Below are positions 36,295 through 38,186 of a DNA stretch of 38,186 nt, in pieces. How positions within the stretch are numbered: the first letter of the stretch is position 1; each line of letters opens with the position of its first letter. A program made the position numbers and the translations under genes. The notes beneath the pieces were generated by a model, which had not been told where the DNA came from, ran no database searches, and saw nothing but the letters and a program-made list of their open reading frames with translations. The stretch comes from Octopus bimaculoides (Eukaryota). The DNA lies in the NCBI RefSeq assembly GCF_001194135.2, contig NC_068992.1, positions 50,621,442 to 50,659,627 on the forward strand, given 5' to 3'.

Positions 36295-36782
36295 CTAGTG
36301 TCCTTTTATTCTTGAGTCTTGGCTCAATAATGGTATATAATGGTAAATATTTTCATGTTTCTTAAGTCGTGTGTTGTAATTAAAGTTAGAGTTTTCCGCA
36401 TCAGGGCATTTCTGGGTTTTTCGTAATTCTTGAATGTCTATTGGTTTGGCGCGTCCTATACCGTTATCTATTAGAATAGATAAGTACTTAATTTCAAGTA
36501 GGGACTGTTTTATTTCAAGGAGTCTTTTATTCTGAACATCCAGATTGAATACAATTGTGCATAGATATCTAGGTAGTTTAAATGGAATATTTGATTTGGT
36601 ACCTTTTGGGTGACCTGAAGAAAATAGCAGGTACTGTTTAGAGTCCGTTGGCTTGTAGTGAATGTCGGCTTCCATAGTTCTATCATTCTGAAATCACATG
36701 TCTAGAAAGTGTACTTGGTATTGGCTACATTCCATCAGGACGTGATTACTGCTCTTGATACTATTGAATAGCGATTTGAAAC
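36295..36782 (-). mobile_element. Penelope-like retroelement reverse-transcriptase C-terminal remnant
   Basis: KSLFNSI..MECS..VHFLDM then ADIHYKPTDSKQYLLFSSGHPK.TKSNIPFKL.RYLCTIV..RLLEIK..LL..Y..ILIDNGI.RAK. These match PLE RT thumb motifs (FLD, YRKPT.T..YL...S.HP). Confidence 0.88.
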
Positions 36783-36791
36783 CATTCGGTA

Positions 36792-37411
36792 AGTGATCTC
36801 GTTCGCTCATACACCTAGATGCATTAACAAAAAATAATTTTCCATTGTAAATTTGGTTTATATAAATAATGTTGATTAGTTATTTCTCAATATTCCAGCA
36901 GTGGACACTCATGTATATATGCATACACGCATATATATATATATATATATATATATACTCACACACAGCGCACGCACAGAGACAAGCACGCAATTTAGTT
37001 TCACAACCCTGTTATGGCAACTGCCAGATATTGGTGATAAGTACTTAATTGTTTCTTGAGAAAAGTTGTCTGATGGCGCTTCGGTGTATTGCTGACATAC
37101 GTTTCTAAGTATTAGCCTCCCAGCACAACATCGTTTTTAATCAGTATTCTAGATTTCTTTGAGATGTCACTTAGATGATTAAAGAAATTGTGATTTTTTA
37201 AATCATTCATGCATAAATTTTTCCAAAGATTCTGTTGGCGTCAAATCACTTTTCCAATATTTTTTCGATATCCATATGTCTCATGCGATGCTACAGAGTG
37301 AACTCGTTCGCTCATATCTCCTAGACTCATAATTAAAAATAATTTTTATATATAAATTTTGACTTACATAAAGAATATGGATTAACTGTATCCCAATATT
37401 ACAGTGGACAC
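36792..37411 (+). repeat. Two diverged ~115-bp direct repeats (36792-36908 and 37297-37411)
   Basis: Both read agtga.ctcgttcgctcata...cctaga...aaaaataattt...taaattt...caatatt.cagtggacac. Confidence 0.75.
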
Positions 37412-37986
37412 ATTCTAGATACCATAAAAGATTAATTTATTGCATCCAATAATTTTTCCCTAAAGAAAATCAACGTTAAAAAGTTAATCGACTTTAATTT
37501 CCAAGATTTTATCATCGATTTTACAATAAAGAGACGCAAACATTCTGGCTTACGTAAAATAAACTTTCATATGAGTAGATGATGAGAACAACAAATTACA
37601 GTTTTTGAAATTATAACCTACTCAAATAAAAAAAGTTAATGAGTGTAAAGATAAACTGACTAAAAGTGTATATTCATGAAAATATCAACTTAGAAATAAT
37701 TACTACTACATAATTTGTTTTCACATACTTGTTAAATTGTAAAACTAGGTACGATAAGTATTTTTCAATTCGTATCAAAAATTATTTAGCGGCGTAACGT
37801 TAATATAAAGTGTAAATGCACATCATACATGAAACGTTGTGTTAAATACTTACTAAAGTAATACTGTGAACTAATAAAAAGTATTGATTGAAAGAACGAT
37901 ATGTCCTCCATACTTCTAGTTTCGGACACATTGTAGGAATGTTTCAAGGTATTTTCGAATAAAATTGGCATTCGAAAGCACACACA

Positions 37987-38030
<44 letters not shown>

Positions 38031-38186
38031 CGTATGTGTATTTCGTGTGCAAGATTCTTGATGTGGATACGTGTGTTGAAAGAAATACAATTAAACCTTG
38101 GGAGAGGCATTATGCCGGTAATAAACACACGCACTGGTTCAGTCCTTTATTAATTTATATAGTTTTTTGTTAAATTATTTCATTGC

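Overview
This is AT-rich eukaryotic (animal) genomic DNA, dense in microsatellites, with one 102-N assembly gap. The three interspersed SINE families and the (TA)/(CA)/(TATC)/(TACA)/(TAA) load match what I know of Octopus (coleoid cephalopod) assemblies; that is inference, not a database result. Almost all listed ORFs are translated microsatellites or SINE fragments. Recognisable protein-coding remnants are all decayed transposons: a Tc1/mariner-superfamily (DD37D/maT-like) transposase (~25.17-25.6 kb, +), a probable hAT (SPIN/Charlie/GTF2IRD2-like) transposase (~35.3-36.1 kb, -) and a Penelope-like RT C-terminus (36.3-36.8 kb, -). There is also a TA-flanked MITE, a long palindrome, a likely Helitron 3' end, a diverged ~130-180 bp minisatellite and several local duplications. 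I recognise no known host gene. The best leads are (i) a chain of GT-AG-bounded, open, phase-1/phase-1 candidate exons on the + strand (2.3-31.2 kb) that splice into one frame with no homology I recognise, whose last exon has an internal TGA, and (ii) several long fold-back structures that would be dsRNA/ADAR substrates if transcribed. All exon calls are low confidence, and all alignments were done by eye.
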